From the NCBI RefSeq assembly GCF_009914755.1, contig NC_060942.1: a stretch of 64,000 nucleotides of DNA; one strand, given 5' to 3'. The notes below the pieces were generated by a model. It was given only the letters and a program-made list of their open reading frames with translations, searched no databases and was not told the DNA's origin. This document shows positions 17,449-32,695 of this stretch, in pieces. This DNA comes from the human T2T-CHM13v2.0 reference genome, Homo sapiens. The stretch's first letter is position 1. Every line of letters starts with the position of its first letter. The position numbers were made by a program, and so were the translations under genes.

Positions 17449-20199
17449 TCACATGTGAGACAGTGGTTATTTCTAACAGAAAACAGAGAGGTGTGATATC
17501 TTTGTATTTCACCATTGTCTCCTTATTCTGCAGAAAGGGAAGAGATCTTGGTTTGGAATCTAGAAGGCCAGGTATTTATACTCAAAGTGGTTTTCTTATG
17601 GCAGGGATTTAAGCTTTAATTCTTTCTGAATGGAAGAACTTGCCTACAACCAAGAGAACAGCATCTTTTTCTCTGATTCAGTGATTGGCTACCTCCACAA
17701 ACACACATCAAGTCCATGCTCTGTTCCTGCTTTACTTACTAATCTGTCCTATTAATGCTTGATGTGGTAATCTGTCGTGTTAATGGCTGCAGCCTCGTCT
17801 ATTCTCCATTTAAGAGAAACGCTGACCTGCTGCGTCTGCTTAGATATCCATTCGTTTGTTTTTTCATTCATTCAATAAACACATGCTTACAGCCTAGCGG
17901 AGTTGATGAGACATGAATATCAGCATCAGTGGTACCCAGACATCCGTGCCCTTGGCCAGCTCTATCCTTTCCACCACTGTGCCACCTCTGCAGCAGAATC
18001 CACTCACACTTAGGCACTGTGGGCCACAGAAACATCATTGAAGATGTCACAGTGGAAACAAGAAGGGAGGTTCATGCTGCACCCTTGATAGCAAACAGCT
18101 TCAAATTTCCCATTAGACATGTCTATTCTCCCCCAAAAGCTTCATTTCAGCAGGGCTACCATTAGCTTGTTTGTTTGTTTGTTTTCGTTTCCCTCTCTAA
18201 TCTTTTTCCCATGCAGCATTTAGTCTGACTGACTTCTCTCTCCTTCCTGAAATTTCCCTGGGAACTTCAAATTTCACATATTTTTGTTATTAAAGCAATT
18301 TAGCTGTGTCCTGCTTCTACCTCCAAATTAACATGTCCAAACCCATGAGGAGTTCAAGAAAACAAAGGCCTCACAGGCCACCCATCATAAAGCACAGGGT
18401 GGGTTCCCTGCTTCTCATCTTAACCCTCATCCGAAAAGGATTAGGGATTCTTGTAACAGCCACTAAAAGAATAAAATAGTCTCTATCTCATCCAACTCTA
18501 AAATTAGAGAGAAAATCACAAGAGACATGAGGGGTACAAGTTTAAGTTACCACACATTACTTCTGACTGCAATTATACAGAAGTGCCTTAAATCAGTCTC
18601 TCTCAATGTTTTTGTTTTTTGGGGGCGAGGATAGAGATTGGAAAACACTGCATATTACATCCCTTTCTTGGAAATTCATAATGGTTTTGGAACCACCAGA
18701 GACTGTGAGATATGCAAAGAGAAGAAAAAAAATGGTTAACTTTGTTTTAGTCAATGTTTTCAAAAGTTGACTTTAGAATCCTCTTTTGCTACCCTTAAGA
18801 GTTGGGTGGATTCAGGGCAGAAAAAGCTTGGTGCACAGTTTACTCGCTTAGGTGTTCCCCCAGGCCCACTCCCAGATGTTCCCAGCTGCTCAGTTAGCAA
18901 ACAGCTGATTCAGGCTGATAGAACAGTTGGGTGTTTAGGGACTTGAGGAAGAGGAAGAGGGTAAAGCTGGTGGGGCTTGTGGTTGTGGAGATGATTTACA
19001 TCATGCAACCATAGCCACGGGAAAGAGAATGAGTAGTCAGTGTCCCCATTGACTAAAACATGCTAGAGGGCAGAAGGCTATGCTAGGGCCCACAAGGGCT
19101 GACAGGCAGGTTTTCATGAAGACAAATAGCCTGATACAATGTGCAATGCTACATTCTGTCCTCAAAACCTTTTCCTCACACCATATAGACCCAAGCTCAA
19201 TGTGTTGTATCCCAGATTGTCTTTACAGTATCGGGGCCTGCAAAAGTGATGTACTCAGATAAGGAGATTCTTCTGAGGTCAGTCTCTTTAGCAACTTAAT
19301 ACTTCCCAATGTCTATCTCTGACAGTCATAGCCACACAACTGCCACACTCCTACATGAATAAGGACTTGGTTAAGATTTAAGACCTCTAAGTCCTGCAGT
19401 GGTCATAACTTGATCCCTGTTTCTGACAGCCATCTGTCTGCGGGGAAGAAGCAACCTTAACATATTAAATGACAGAAAGTGTTTAAGATTTATTCTGTCT
19501 TAAGCTCATATTTTCTTGGCTCCCACAGCTGAACTTTTGCATTTTCATTTTAATCCTACAGGCTATGTTATATTTTGCTTACCTATTTTGAAATGTGATT
19601 TTTATTTATCTTTTTCTACTTTCCTCAGTAACTGGCACAGAGCCACATTGGGGCCAGAGATTTTATGACAGAGAATGTTGAACAGAATTTGGCTGCTGAT
19701 TTATTCTTTGCACCTTGCTATTTCAGAGAACCATGAGTTCAAGTGAAGTTTGGTTCTGTTGGCTTAGAGCTGAGAGTCATCCACATTAACATGTTCCAGT
19801 CAATCTGTGGACCAAGTTGGGCACTAGCACTACAGTCAGAATTTACCTCTCATTCTTGTATGCTCCCTTGTATCAGTGTGACAGCACTTAACTCTATCTG
19901 CCTTATATCCAGTTCTGGTTCGGACTCCTCCATATGGAAAGCCATTTAAAGACAGGAAACTCATCACATTGTACCCTCAACAACTAACACATTTATGATG
20001 CATGATAGGCACTGAACAGTAGTTGTTGAAAATTAAGGAAATTAGAGTTATACATGTCACTCTCTTTCCCACTAGTTCATGAATTCCTAAAGGAAAAAGA
20101 TAAAGTCTTTCCCTTTTTGCATACTCACCATGTTTGCAGAAGAGAGGAGACTAATATACTTAGTACCTGCTGTATGCCAGCTATTTCACATTTTACTAT

Positions 20200-20515
20200 G
20201 TTTCTTTCTTTCTTTCTCTTTTTCTTTTCTTTTTGAGACAGAATCTTGCTCTGTCATCCAGGCTGGAGTGCAGTGGAACCATCTCAGCTCACTGCAACCT
20301 CTGCCTCCCAGGTTCAAGCAATCCTCCCACCTCAGCCTCAGAGTAGCTGGGATTACAGGCCTGCGCCATTATGCCTGCCTAATTTCTGTATGTTTAGTAG
20401 AGATGGAGTTTTGCCATGTTGGTCAGGCTGGCCTCAAACTCCTGGTCTCGAGTGATCTGCCTGCCTCAGCCTCCCAAAGTGCTGGGATTACAGGTGTGAG
20501 CCACCACACCTGGCT
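20200..20515 (-). mobile_element. Alu inserted in a MIR
   Basis: Antisense dimer with TSD-like CATTTTA(C/T)TATGTTTCT. The MIR continues after it (ttttacagatgagaaaacc...). Confidence 0.88.
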
Positions 20516-20825
20516 GCATTTTATTATGTTTCTGTTTTACAGATGAGAAAACCAAGGGTCAGAGAAATTACATTAATTTGACCCAAGGTCTCACAGCTTA
20601 TGAGTGGCCAGATCAAGAGGAAGACACAGGTCTGTGGGACTCAGGGGTTCCACACCATGATGGTGACTGACCCGTACACTCATGAAACTGAAGCCTGTGC
20701 TAGCAGCCGGGAAAGCTAAGAGGCAATGATTGATATTGCAGAATCCTGAACAGGTTTAGGAATTTGGGAATAAAGGTGAGGCTAAAATAGGAGGACTGTT
20801 GGAACATAAGTTTAAGAAGCAGTTG

Positions 20826-21505
20826 GCTATAACCAAAAAGATAGACAACAAGTGTTGGCAAAGATAGGGAGAAATCAGAACCCTCATATGCTGTTGGTGG
20901 GAATGTAAAATGGTGCAGCCACCATGGAAAACAGTCTGGCTGTTTCTCAAAAAGTTAAACATAAAGTTACCATACAATCCAGCAATTCTGCTCCTAGGTT
21001 TATACCTACGAGAAATAAAAACATATGTCCATACAAAAATCTGCACCTGAATGTTTGTAGCAGCATTATTCATAACAGCAAAAAAAGGGGGGGAGACAAG
21101 CCAAAGGTTCACTGACTGATAAATGGATAAACTGTGGTATGTCTATACAGTGGAATATTATTCAGCAATAAAAAATGAAGCACTGATGCATACTACAATA
21201 CAGATAAATCTCAAAAACATTATGCTAAGTAAAAGAGGCCAGTCACAAAAAAAACACACACACATTGTGTGATTCAATTTATATGAAATGTTTACATTAG
21301 CAAAGTCTAGATTCAGAAAGCAATTAATGTTTGCCTAGGGCTGGTGGTTTTGAGGGGAACTGAGGAGTGACTGTTAGTGGGTAGAGGTTTCTTTTTAGGG
21401 TGGTGAAACTTCTGAAATTGATTATAATGATGAATAAAAAATATGTGAATATAACAAAAAAACATTGAATTGTACACGTTAAGTGGATGATTTGTATAGT
21501 ATGTG
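20826..21505 (+). mobile_element. L1M (L1MB-like) 3' fragment
   Basis: caagtgttggc...gtgggaatgtaaaatggtgcagcc...cagtggaatattattcagcaat..., the end of ORF2 and the 3' UTR. Confidence 0.85.
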
Positions 21506-22158
21506 AAAAAAAGAGAAGGAGTTGGAGCTGCCCACCCAAAGAGCTGTGTGACTGCCCCTCCCTAACCACAGCAGAAGATTCAAGGTTTACTACTTGGAAA
21601 CATTAAAACAAAAGTTCTCTTGTCTAGTGGACACCGGGAACAGGAAATGAGAGGAACTGTAATGAAATCAGGGGAAAGGCAAAAGTTTACCAACTGAATG
21701 CTCAGACCCTGAGTCCTCTTCTCCCACTTAGCCAGAAAGTCCCCTCCATGGTAAAGATTAGAAGGTTCTTCTCTGGGGAATTTGACCAACTAATAAAAAA
21801 ATAAACTAATGGTTCTAATTCCAGGAGGTTCCCAGTGGAACAGCCCAACCAGGTAAACTTAGAGTGATGGTCACAATTCACAAAATCCACCAGCACAAAA
21901 GTTTCCAATTGACCTGTGTAATGTTCTGCTCTTAAATAAGACAGTTGAGGGTCATCAGACAACTGATACAACCTCTAACATGAAAAGACAAAGATGAAAA
22001 TAAAGAAACCAGATAAAGCAATTGAGAGGAAATCTACATTATGCAGGAAAATTAATACCTCAGAAAAAAACAAATACCATTAATACACTTACAGAGATAA
22101 GAGAAAATAATATATCTGGAAAACAGGATGCTATAAAAAAGCAACCACCAGAGAAAAA

Positions 22159-22460
22159 GGGCTGGGCACGGTGGCTGACACCTGTAATCCCAGCACTTTG
22201 GGAGGCTGAGGCAGGTGGATCACTTGAGGTCATGAGTTTGAGACCAGCCTGGCCAACATGGTGAAACCTCGTCTCTACTAAAAATACAAAAATTAGCCGG
22301 GCATAGTGATACATACCTGTAATCCCAATTACTAGGGAGGCTGAGGCAGGAGAATCACTTGAACCCGGGAGGCGGAAGTTGCAGTGATCTGAGATAGCAC
22401 CACTGCTCTCCAGACTGGGTGACAGAGCGTGACTCCATCTCAAAAAAGAGAAAAAGAAAG
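22159..22460 (+). mobile_element. AluS
   Basis: Full dimer. Confidence 0.9.
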
Positions 22461-22605
22461 AACTTTTGGAAATTAAAAAATATGATCACAGAAATAAATC
22501 TCAATGGAAGGGCTGGAAGATGGAGTCAAAATATTACAGAAAGTAGAATAAAGGCATATAAATAGAAAAAAGTAAAAATAAGGAAAAATTAGAAAATCAA
22601 TTTAG

Positions 22606-22932
<327 letters not shown>

Positions 22933-23970
22933 TCAATTTAGAGGGTCCAATGTTCATATAACAGGTGTTTCCCGGAAAAAGAACAGAGGGAGGGAAGCAC
23001 TGGAGGAGTAAGTGAACCACATTTCCCAGCATTGAAGGACATGAGTTTCCAGGATGAATGGGCCCATCACTACCTAGAACAAAGAAAGGAAAGACAGCCA
23101 CTCCAAGGCTCATCATCATAAAATTTCAGAACACTGAAGACAAAAATAAAAGCCTAAAAGCTTCCAGACAGAGGAAAAAAACAGATCATTTATAAGAATT
23201 TTACAAAGAAAAAAAGATCAGCTTCACATTTAGCAGCAAAGTTGGAAGCTAAAGTAAATACAGCAGTGCTTTCGAAATTCTAAGGATAAATTATTTCCAA
23301 TATAGAATGCTCTCAGTTCAATGAGGGGGTAACATAAAGACCTTTGCAGACCAGCAGAATCCCCAAAAATGTACATCCCACACACACTTGTCTCAGGAAG
23401 TTACTGGAGAATGCACTGCACTAAAATAAGCAACAAACCCAGTGTGTGTGCATGTGTCTGAGTGTGTGCATGTCTGGGTGTGTCTGTGTGTATATATCCT
23501 AACCTAACTCTAACTCTCAGCTGGTCAGAATGCTCCAGAAAAGATTTCTTCGAGAAGATAGAAATGAAAGAATTCCTAATATGTTTGAACACACAGAGGA
23601 GAGATTTGGGAAAGTAGAAGGGACTTGGGAGATGAATAATGATGTATATATGAGGAGCTAAAATAGCAAGAGGATTATTAACTTCGTGGGGGGGAAACAA
23701 AAAGCTATGCAAGAAACATGACTCAGCTGTGAGTCGCACTGACATTGTCACAATAATATCAACACTGAATGTGGATCTGAGATTACGCTGTAACTGTATT
23801 AGAAAGGTGGACAGGAACAGGAGATACCTGCAAGGGTTGTTAGGGGAAGGTAAAAGGTGAAAGAGAACAAAACCCTCTTCTGCTATAAAAGGAAGTCTGT
23901 ATATAATACTTAAGATGAAAAAAAAGTGAAGCAAGAGCACTGTAAGCATGTCACGGAGAGATACGGGGGC

Positions 23971-24433
23971 CATGGCAGATCATCGTCATAAAGGACCACC
24001 AGCAATTCCTTCCAGCCCTCCATGCGCAAGTCCACTTCCTTCCCCTGGAATCTGGGCAGGCCCCATGACCTGCTCTGTCCCATGGAATGTGGCAGAAGTG
24101 GGAGTGGGTGGCTCCAGGGCCCTGGCCTTAGAGGCCTTTCAGCTTCTGACTACACTCTTGGTAGCCAGTGGCTCTGTGAAAAGTTCACCTCCCCTGCTGA
24201 ACTAGAGGCCACCTGGAGAGAGAGAATCACTGGAGGATGAGAGCAGGGAAAACGTGAGACCAGCCAGGGAGCCCTCAGCCATTCCGGCCACCCCCAGTAA
24301 TTCTCCAGGCTCCTGAGGGCAGCCACGTGTCCAGTCCAGGCTGAATTGCAGAATTGTGAGCAAAAAACCAGCTGCTGTTCTAAGCTACAGGGTTTCGGGA
24401 TGGTTTTTTAGGCATTAGCAGGTAACTGAAAGA
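23971..24433 (+). mobile_element. MLT1 (MaLR) LTR, MLT1H-like
   Basis: ...ggaatctgggcaggccccatgacctgct...gaatgtggcagaagtg...gcagaattgtgagc...gcaggtaactga. Confidence 0.7.
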
Positions 24434-26952
24434 GGTGTAAATGCCACAAGAAAATGGTAAAAAAAGTTATCAAGAGGTTACCTCTGGGGAATGGAAAATG
24501 AAATGAAGGTGGCCTGGGTAGGAAACTGCTGTTTTTCAGAATTTCAGGAATTTCAGGAAACCTACGACATTATCTGACTCTTTAAACTATGTACATCTCT
24601 AACTTTGATAAGAAATAATGTAAAACAAGCAAAATAAGATTATATGAATGGAAAAGTCAGACAGACAAAAATAAAAGCATTCAGGTCCAACAGATAACCA
24701 GCACTGATAACCAGATAACCAGAAAATGCCCCCAAAGAGCCAGAGTGTGGAGTTCAACCTGAAACCACAGAAGACGCAGTTTGAAGCTGGAGCCTTCAAT
24801 ACTTGACACAAAGCAGGTTTCCAACAAATGCCAAACCAAACATCATAGCAAATGCAGACATTTTTAGGAGCCAGCCTGAAGGACCGTGGACAGGGACTAG
24901 GCTGAAGTTAGACTTCTCTTCCATGCTGGCCCACTGGCGCTGTCTACATATGAGTACCCATTGGTTGCTCTATCGTGTTTAGACCAGGGTCCATTCCCAG
25001 CTCTTGTACATTTGTCATTACTCTTAGAACAAAATGGTATGGTATCACTGGTTGTTAAAATATTTAAGTGCTTCCAAACCAGCTGGTTGAAGAACAATGG
25101 CCTCTGCTCTGAGCATTTCTGCAAGCTGTCCCTGTTTCTACTGTCACCACCACCCACTGTAGCAGGTCCTTGCCCCTGTATCCCTGGGGCCATCAGGACC
25201 CCTGAGTCTACAGTCACTCTCCACTGACCAGTGCTCCAAGGAGTTGCTTTCATATGGGAATGGTGGCTTCCACAGTGTGTCACCTGGGTTGCTAAATATT
25301 TGGAATGTCCCCTTGATGTTGCTGTGATATCTGGAAGACTTCTTTCCTAACACCAGAGGCTGATAGAATTAATGGTAATGTGTGGGCTTTGAAATTCAAA
25401 GACCTGGGTTTGAAGACTGGCTCCACCTTGTAATAGCAATAAGCTCATGTCTGCCTCTCAGTCTCCTATAAGCTGGAACCAATGATTCCTATCTCACACA
25501 TTTTGGGGAGGGAAATGTGAACTGACACATGGAAAACATCCAACACATACCATCTGCTTAATAAATATGAATTTTCTTTGAAGTAAGAGGACAGAGGCAG
25601 TGGTAAAAGCTACTATGCCTTAAGGTCCAAAATAAATATCCTAGAACTTTAATCATCTGGCTTCAAAAGACACAAAACTCCATTCTGAGGTGACTATTTG
25701 GGGGAAGGACCAACAGGAAAGCTTGATGAGCAAAAGAGTAATGCGTGCTGCAGGTTCTATTTGGGCTTCAGCAAATTGGCACTGAAGTACCTGGTTGATA
25801 TTGATGAAAATTTATCTTAACGTATTTTGGGCTGTAAAAACTGAAGAAAGGTGTCCTTTTATCTTGATATGTCCCTAAGCACAGTATCGGTAATATTTGC
25901 CCTGGTTTTATAGCTTTACAAATGTAAACCTGGCTCCCCGCATGGTTTCCTTTTTCCAGTCTTGGCATTTCTGGAACACAGTTATTATGTATTCTCCTGG
26001 TGAATGAACTCAATGCAGCGTAACAAAGTATCTGAGGTTCAGGATATTTTGTAGGGGGGTAATTAGATCGGCCTTCCATTCAACTGTTTCACTCCAAATG
26101 GATGAAGGAATCTGTAGCAGTTTAAATACTTGTAGATTATTTTAAAGTATCACAGGAGATTCATTTTGATTACTCAGCTGCTTACTGAATTTGTTTTGCA
26201 ACAATGGGATCACTTTTGATTCAATTGCACAGTTTTTTCAAGTCAAAAGTCAAAATTATAGACATAAAATGACTCCAATTTCTGGCACAACTTGCAATTC
26301 TGATGCTTGTAAAAATGGCAGATACTTGCTTTTAGAATAAAGAGGCATGGGTACCCTATTCCTTCCTTTACAGTCTAACAAAACTGAGAAAGGGTGTTTT
26401 TGTTACTTTTACCCCTAAGTTGGCAGTGGGGGCTAAATCAGATTTCCCCACAGCCACCAACTGCAAGAACTTAGAAGTAATCAGTAAGTACGACATCCAA
26501 AACCTTGACATCTGCATTCATCATTCATAGGTGATTATGGTGGAGGTGATGCACTTCCCTTTCTTCTATGAGGAAAATTCTCATCCAGTCATTTTAATCA
26601 TGTTAATAAGAGAGTCAGAATGAGGCCTTGAATCTCTGCCTTAAATTGAATAAGGGCCTTGGCAGGGCCTCAAATACATGGGTGATTTGGCAAGAAAAAC
26701 TAATGCTGTCCATTTCTCTGGAGACAAAAAAAAAAAGAGGTCTTTGGTTTAAAAATAACACCGATACGTCTTTTTGTTTTGAAATCCATTAACGTTGTTT
26801 AGATTATCTAAACAATTATGCCAAAGCAATATACTATAATTATTTACAAATGTTGGACCAACGTTTTGAGTTTAAGAGACACAATTCAAGAAGACTCTGA
26901 ATTTGGTTTCCTCTCACCTCCCACACTGAAATGTCACACTTAAGAGATTTCA

Positions 26953-27202
26953 GGTCAGGCACGGTGGCTCATGCCTGTAATCCCAGCACTTTGGAGGCTG
27001 AGGCGGGCAGATCACTTGAGGCTAGGAGTTTGAGACGAGCCTGAGCAACATAGCAAAACCCTGTCTCTACAAAACATACAAAAATTAGTTGGCCATGGTG
27101 GCACGCACCTGTACTCAGTCCCAGCTACTTGGGAGGCTGAGGCAGGAGAATCGCTCGAACCCAAGAGACAGAGGTTACAGTGAGCCAAGACTGTGCCACT
27201 GC
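26953..27202 (+). mobile_element. Alu lacking its 3' end and tail
   Basis: The + Alu stops at gccactgc. Confidence 0.88.
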
Positions 27203-27397
27203 TCAAGGGATCCTCCCACCTCAGTCTCCCAAGTAGCTGGGACTATAGCCACTCACCACCGCACCCATTAAATTTTCTGTGGAGACAGGATCTTGCTGTG
27301 TTGATCTGGCTGATCTCAAACTCCTGGCCTCAAGCAACCCTCCCATCTTGGCCTCCCAAAGCACTGAAATTATAAGCACGAGTCATCAGGCTCAGCC
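27201..27397 (-). mobile_element. AluJ lacking its 3' end and tail, fused to the preceding Alu
   Basis: The antisense Alu starts abruptly at gctcaagggatcctcccacctcag. Confidence 0.85.
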
Positions 27398-29799
27398 CTC
27401 CTCTCTTTTAAGACATTTTTCTTTAATGTTGCTTGCCCTATTAATGTAATATGAAATATAATTCAAGATATGAAATATAATGTAATCTGAAATATGAACT
27501 ATAATTCAAATCTCTCCTGCAAATGAAAATGTCCCTGTCTTCAGCCAGATTATCTGAACCTCAAACAGGGCATGTTCTACTCTCTACTTTGGATTCCAGT
27601 TGTTTACGCATAAGTCTTGTCTTGTCTACCAGACTGCAAGCTCCATGAGCACAGAAGCTATATTTTATTCATTTTATTTGGCATTTCTAGAGGGCCTTGC
27701 ACACAGAAAGTTAATACCAAATATTTGTTTAAAGAATAAATGAAGGCTAGTTAGAACTTGGTGGCCCAATTATAAATAATAAAACAGAAATATGACAGCT
27801 TAATGGAAAACTAATACTACTGATGAAATAGACATGACATCATATGGTTTAAAAACATACTTATACATACATCTGTCCGAATACTTATTTAGAGACAAAC
27901 TTGTTTAATGTTGTGATTCCTTGATGTCATATCCTTACTGGATAAAACCGGACACTGGATTTGAAACACAGATCTTTAAAAATATCATGTCATCAGTAGG
28001 CACGTGAGCAATAGTACTAAAAAAAAAACAGTGCTCCTAGGTAATCTAAATATACTTACACATATTTATCAATTTTCTACCACTACTATAACAAATAGAA
28101 AAACTGTTTCATTACTACAATTACAAACTTCACTTTGGGAATTATCCCTGCATTTTTTATGATGATAGCAGTGACGGCAGCTGGAATGCAACCAATACTA
28201 ATACTTCCCCACGTGGAGCACAACTCACTCCTTCTATCCCTGAGGTCTGTTTTAACACATTTGCAATTTGAAAATTACTTTCATTTCAGAACTGAACATT
28301 TGCCTTCATGGTCTAAACTACATCACTGATTAAATGAACATAGATGGCTCATAATTGGCAATTAACTTATTGCTGGGAGGAAGCAGCAGGTTATAATACA
28401 ATATTACAATTACTAAAACAACTTGAGTTCCTATTACATACTAGCCACCATTCTAAACAACTATTTAATCCTTAAACAACATCAAGTAGATGCCATTGTT
28501 GTCCCTCATCACATTGATAAAGAAACTGGGGCCCCAGGGGGTTAAGTGACTTGCCTGAGGTCCCCAGGCTCTCTTGGTTTCAGAGCCCACACTCCTCGCC
28601 CAGCACACAGAAATGATTGGATTCAACACCTGGGATCACTAAACATAATTGTATTTTATGAGATGGTTATATTTTAAAGCATATATTATCTACTTTAAAG
28701 TAGGACTGTTTTGCCTTTGAATAATAAATTGTTTTATAAACATCAGCTAGTTTCCTAACATTTCTCTGTCATAAGAAAATGACTGGGGCAAAAGAAATGT
28801 GGCTTCTTCCACAGAGCCAGAGACAAGTGAGTTTTTCACACCAAATGTAAAACATCCAACGTCACAGGCTAGTGAATAATACCTCACGTGATACTGAGGT
28901 ATGATATCACATCATTCAGGAAGCATAAAGGAGTCATGTTTAATATATCCAAGTCCAATAAGTGTATTTCATTTTAAAACCCCCATGCTGAAAAATGCAT
29001 TTCTTTTCTATTTTTAAGAGTATTGATGGAATATTCATGACAAATTCAGAAGTTAAGAGAGCTCCTAGGATCTCTTTGGAATCTTAATTTGGGATTACTA
29101 ATTTATGTTTATATTGGCTTTCACTGCTGTATAATTACAAAACACCCTTAAGCAATCAGCAGGACCTTTTTGAGGTATGATGCTGGTTTTGGTTCTTCAA
29201 ATGTCATGCACTGAAAAAGAAATCAAATCACTGCTTGACTAAGAAGTTACTTCCCTTAAGGTTTGGATGGTTGGTGTGGTTAGAAACTCTGTTGTCAGCA
29301 GTAAAGAATGAACCTTCTATGAAAAATGTCTATACTTCCCTGTTCCTGGTTTAAAATACTTAGTAGTATCATTATTTTTACTGATCACTCACCGGTGGTT
29401 ACAGTCTGTTCATGAAAATGGCACTTCTGACAATATTTCATTTTCTCAATGCAAACCTGTTAGCAAGACGAGTGTAGGGGCCGTTTTCAGAGTTGGTGGC
29501 TACAGTGGGCCATCCACATTCATTCAATCAGCGGTAAGCAAAACCTCCCAGAAGATAAGCTACACAGGGAAGCAATCCTGAAATCTGCTTTATCTTTGCA
29601 ACAGCTCCAGTTTAGAGCGTCTCCTCCACTGGCTGACTGAAGAACACATCAATCCTTCAGACCTTTGATGCTAGGTCATTACAGTTATAAGTCCGGATGA
29701 TAGCGCCTTGTCTACCTTGCTCACTCAGTATCTAGTGGAGCGTGACAGCACACAGTAGGACTTCACAAAGATGTAGGACTTGAATGCATTATTAGGGCA

Positions 29800-30010
29800 T
29801 AGCTAGGAGGGAGCCTGGGCTAGAGATTACACATGTGATTCTGGAATCAGACAGTCTGAGCCTGAATACTGATCCCCCCCGCCACCAACTAGCTGGGTAC
29901 CCTTAGACAAGTAACACAACCTCTCTGAACCTAAGTTTTCCTATCATAAAATGGAGGAAATGATAATGCCTGGCATGGCAGGTGCTCAATAAATGTTAGC
30001 TATTATTAAA
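29800..30010 (+). mobile_element. MIR
   Basis: ctggaatcagacagtctg...aacctctctgaacctaagttttcc...gtgctcaataaatgttagc. Confidence 0.7.
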
Positions 30011-31371
30011 GGGAAGTCTGTGTTAGGCTGGCCTCCCTGAGAGATTACCCACATGCTGGTTTTACCCAGGGTGAAACATATTTTCTATCACAAAATTTAA
30101 ATGTCCATTTTCCCATTTGAAAGCTAATACTTCAAGGTCCATTTAACTTTATTTGGCAGCGGTTGCAAGAGTTGTTTTGAAATAATATTATAATGAGAAT
30201 AGGCATTTAGGAGGAAAATGAGATACTCTGTTATGACATAGCCTGAAAGCCATCATCGGCTAGCTTTTTCTATTCACCCCATTATCAGTGGATGAGCCAC
30301 ATGGCAAAGGGTTGGAGCCATTGGAACAACCGTGGGAAATTGCATAGGAGACCACAGAGAAGATGTATACTTAGCAATAATTAAACCTCAGATTAAGAAT
30401 GTCAAGCATTCCCAAACTAATGAAAAGTCAAAAGTATAATTAGATTGTAAATTTGCCTCCCAGAGAAGGGCAGCCCCTATTACCAATCAGTGAAGGGAAA
30501 AAGGCCTCATTTTGTTTCCATTTTCCTTTAGAAAATATGACTCTTTCAATGTTAAATGCAATTGCCTTTATAGGCTTGTTTGCTTATCCCAGTTAAGAAC
30601 AAGAAATCTCAGAGAGACACTGAAAAAGCAAAAAGACTGTGAGTCCCAAAAAACTTTGGGAGAAGTATACTGCTTACTAGTGCATTTTAAATATATTATT
30701 GCCAAACTGTATTTCAGAAATATTTATGCACAAAAGTACAAAAATAAGCAGCTGAACACTGTGTTTTCATGGCACCAGCCTCCTCTCTGTGTTAAATTAT
30801 AACACTGGTTTGGACCTCTGTGGTCCCGGGTGGTGGCAGCTGTTTTTGGTTGTCTCTTAGGCAACAAGTGCTGCTGCACTGAAACTAACCAATATCCCCA
30901 ACTTTAAGAACCAAGAATGTGATTTAGTTAACGACACACGTAACTCTAGAGGAGTCAGATTCCTTCGTCAAGAATGTGAATATGTATCCAAAAAGCCATG
31001 AGATTGATGGTGTAGTACAGCTAATTGAAAATGAAATTGGAAATAAATTAAAACAAACTTCATGTTTTAATCAGTTTGGAAGACTTCAAGTACTGCAGCA
31101 ACGGGGAAAGTCATTTTCTTCTGGGTAATATATAATGATGTCATTATTTTGGTACTTGTGACTCCAGGGATGGAGGAAATGGATGTTTGCTGAATGCAAC
31201 AGATAGGTGGCGCTGTGACTGACTGGCAGATGCAGGATTACACTCCAAGAGCCTGGTCACTACAAAGGCCATATCCAGGTTTAAATATCAGAATTAGAAA
31301 GTCACGTTGGTACCCTAAAAAGGCATCTGACTTGCACAGGAATATTTGCTTTTGCAAATGAACTTCTTTAA

Positions 31372-31734
<363 letters not shown>

Positions 31735-32281
31735 AAGAATGTTTTAGATTAACACGTTTATTCCAAGAATTTACAAGGCTTGTCGTTGCTTTCTATCATG
31801 TTGGCTTTCTGAAGCACGGGGAGTTAACAACTATTTGATGTAATCAGGAACCCGGGGAAAATCTTTAGTTGGTTCCCTATGGCAAATGGTCAAAACAATT
31901 CCACTTGGTAAAAGCAGCTTTCCGTTTTTGTCTAGGCTTCCAAAGCCTCACATGCAACTGGTTGGCTCCACCTCTTCCTGGATACAGCACCAATTGTGGG
32001 TTACTTGGCTAGTTAGTTGTCTCAGATTCACTTTTTTTTCCAGTCATCTTCACCAGAGGTTATCTATTTGGTGTCTTAGGGCCTTCCAAGCCACACGGGG
32101 TAACTGACAAGGCTTGTCTTTAGATGCCTACTCTATCCTCCTAGTTGCCAGTTCCTATTTCTTCTAGACTCAGTTTTCATACCTATACTGTTAGGATTGA
32201 AATGTCTACTCTCAGGGCTGTTGAGAGGATTAATTGCAATGTGTTTGTAGTGTATATAGTACAGTGGCTGGCACTTAGTAG

Positions 32282-32695
<414 letters not shown>

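Noticed and set aside
23401-23973. 190-aa hydrophobic minus-strand ORF
   Set aside because: It is the antisense reading of A-rich L1 remnants and a (TG)n tract.
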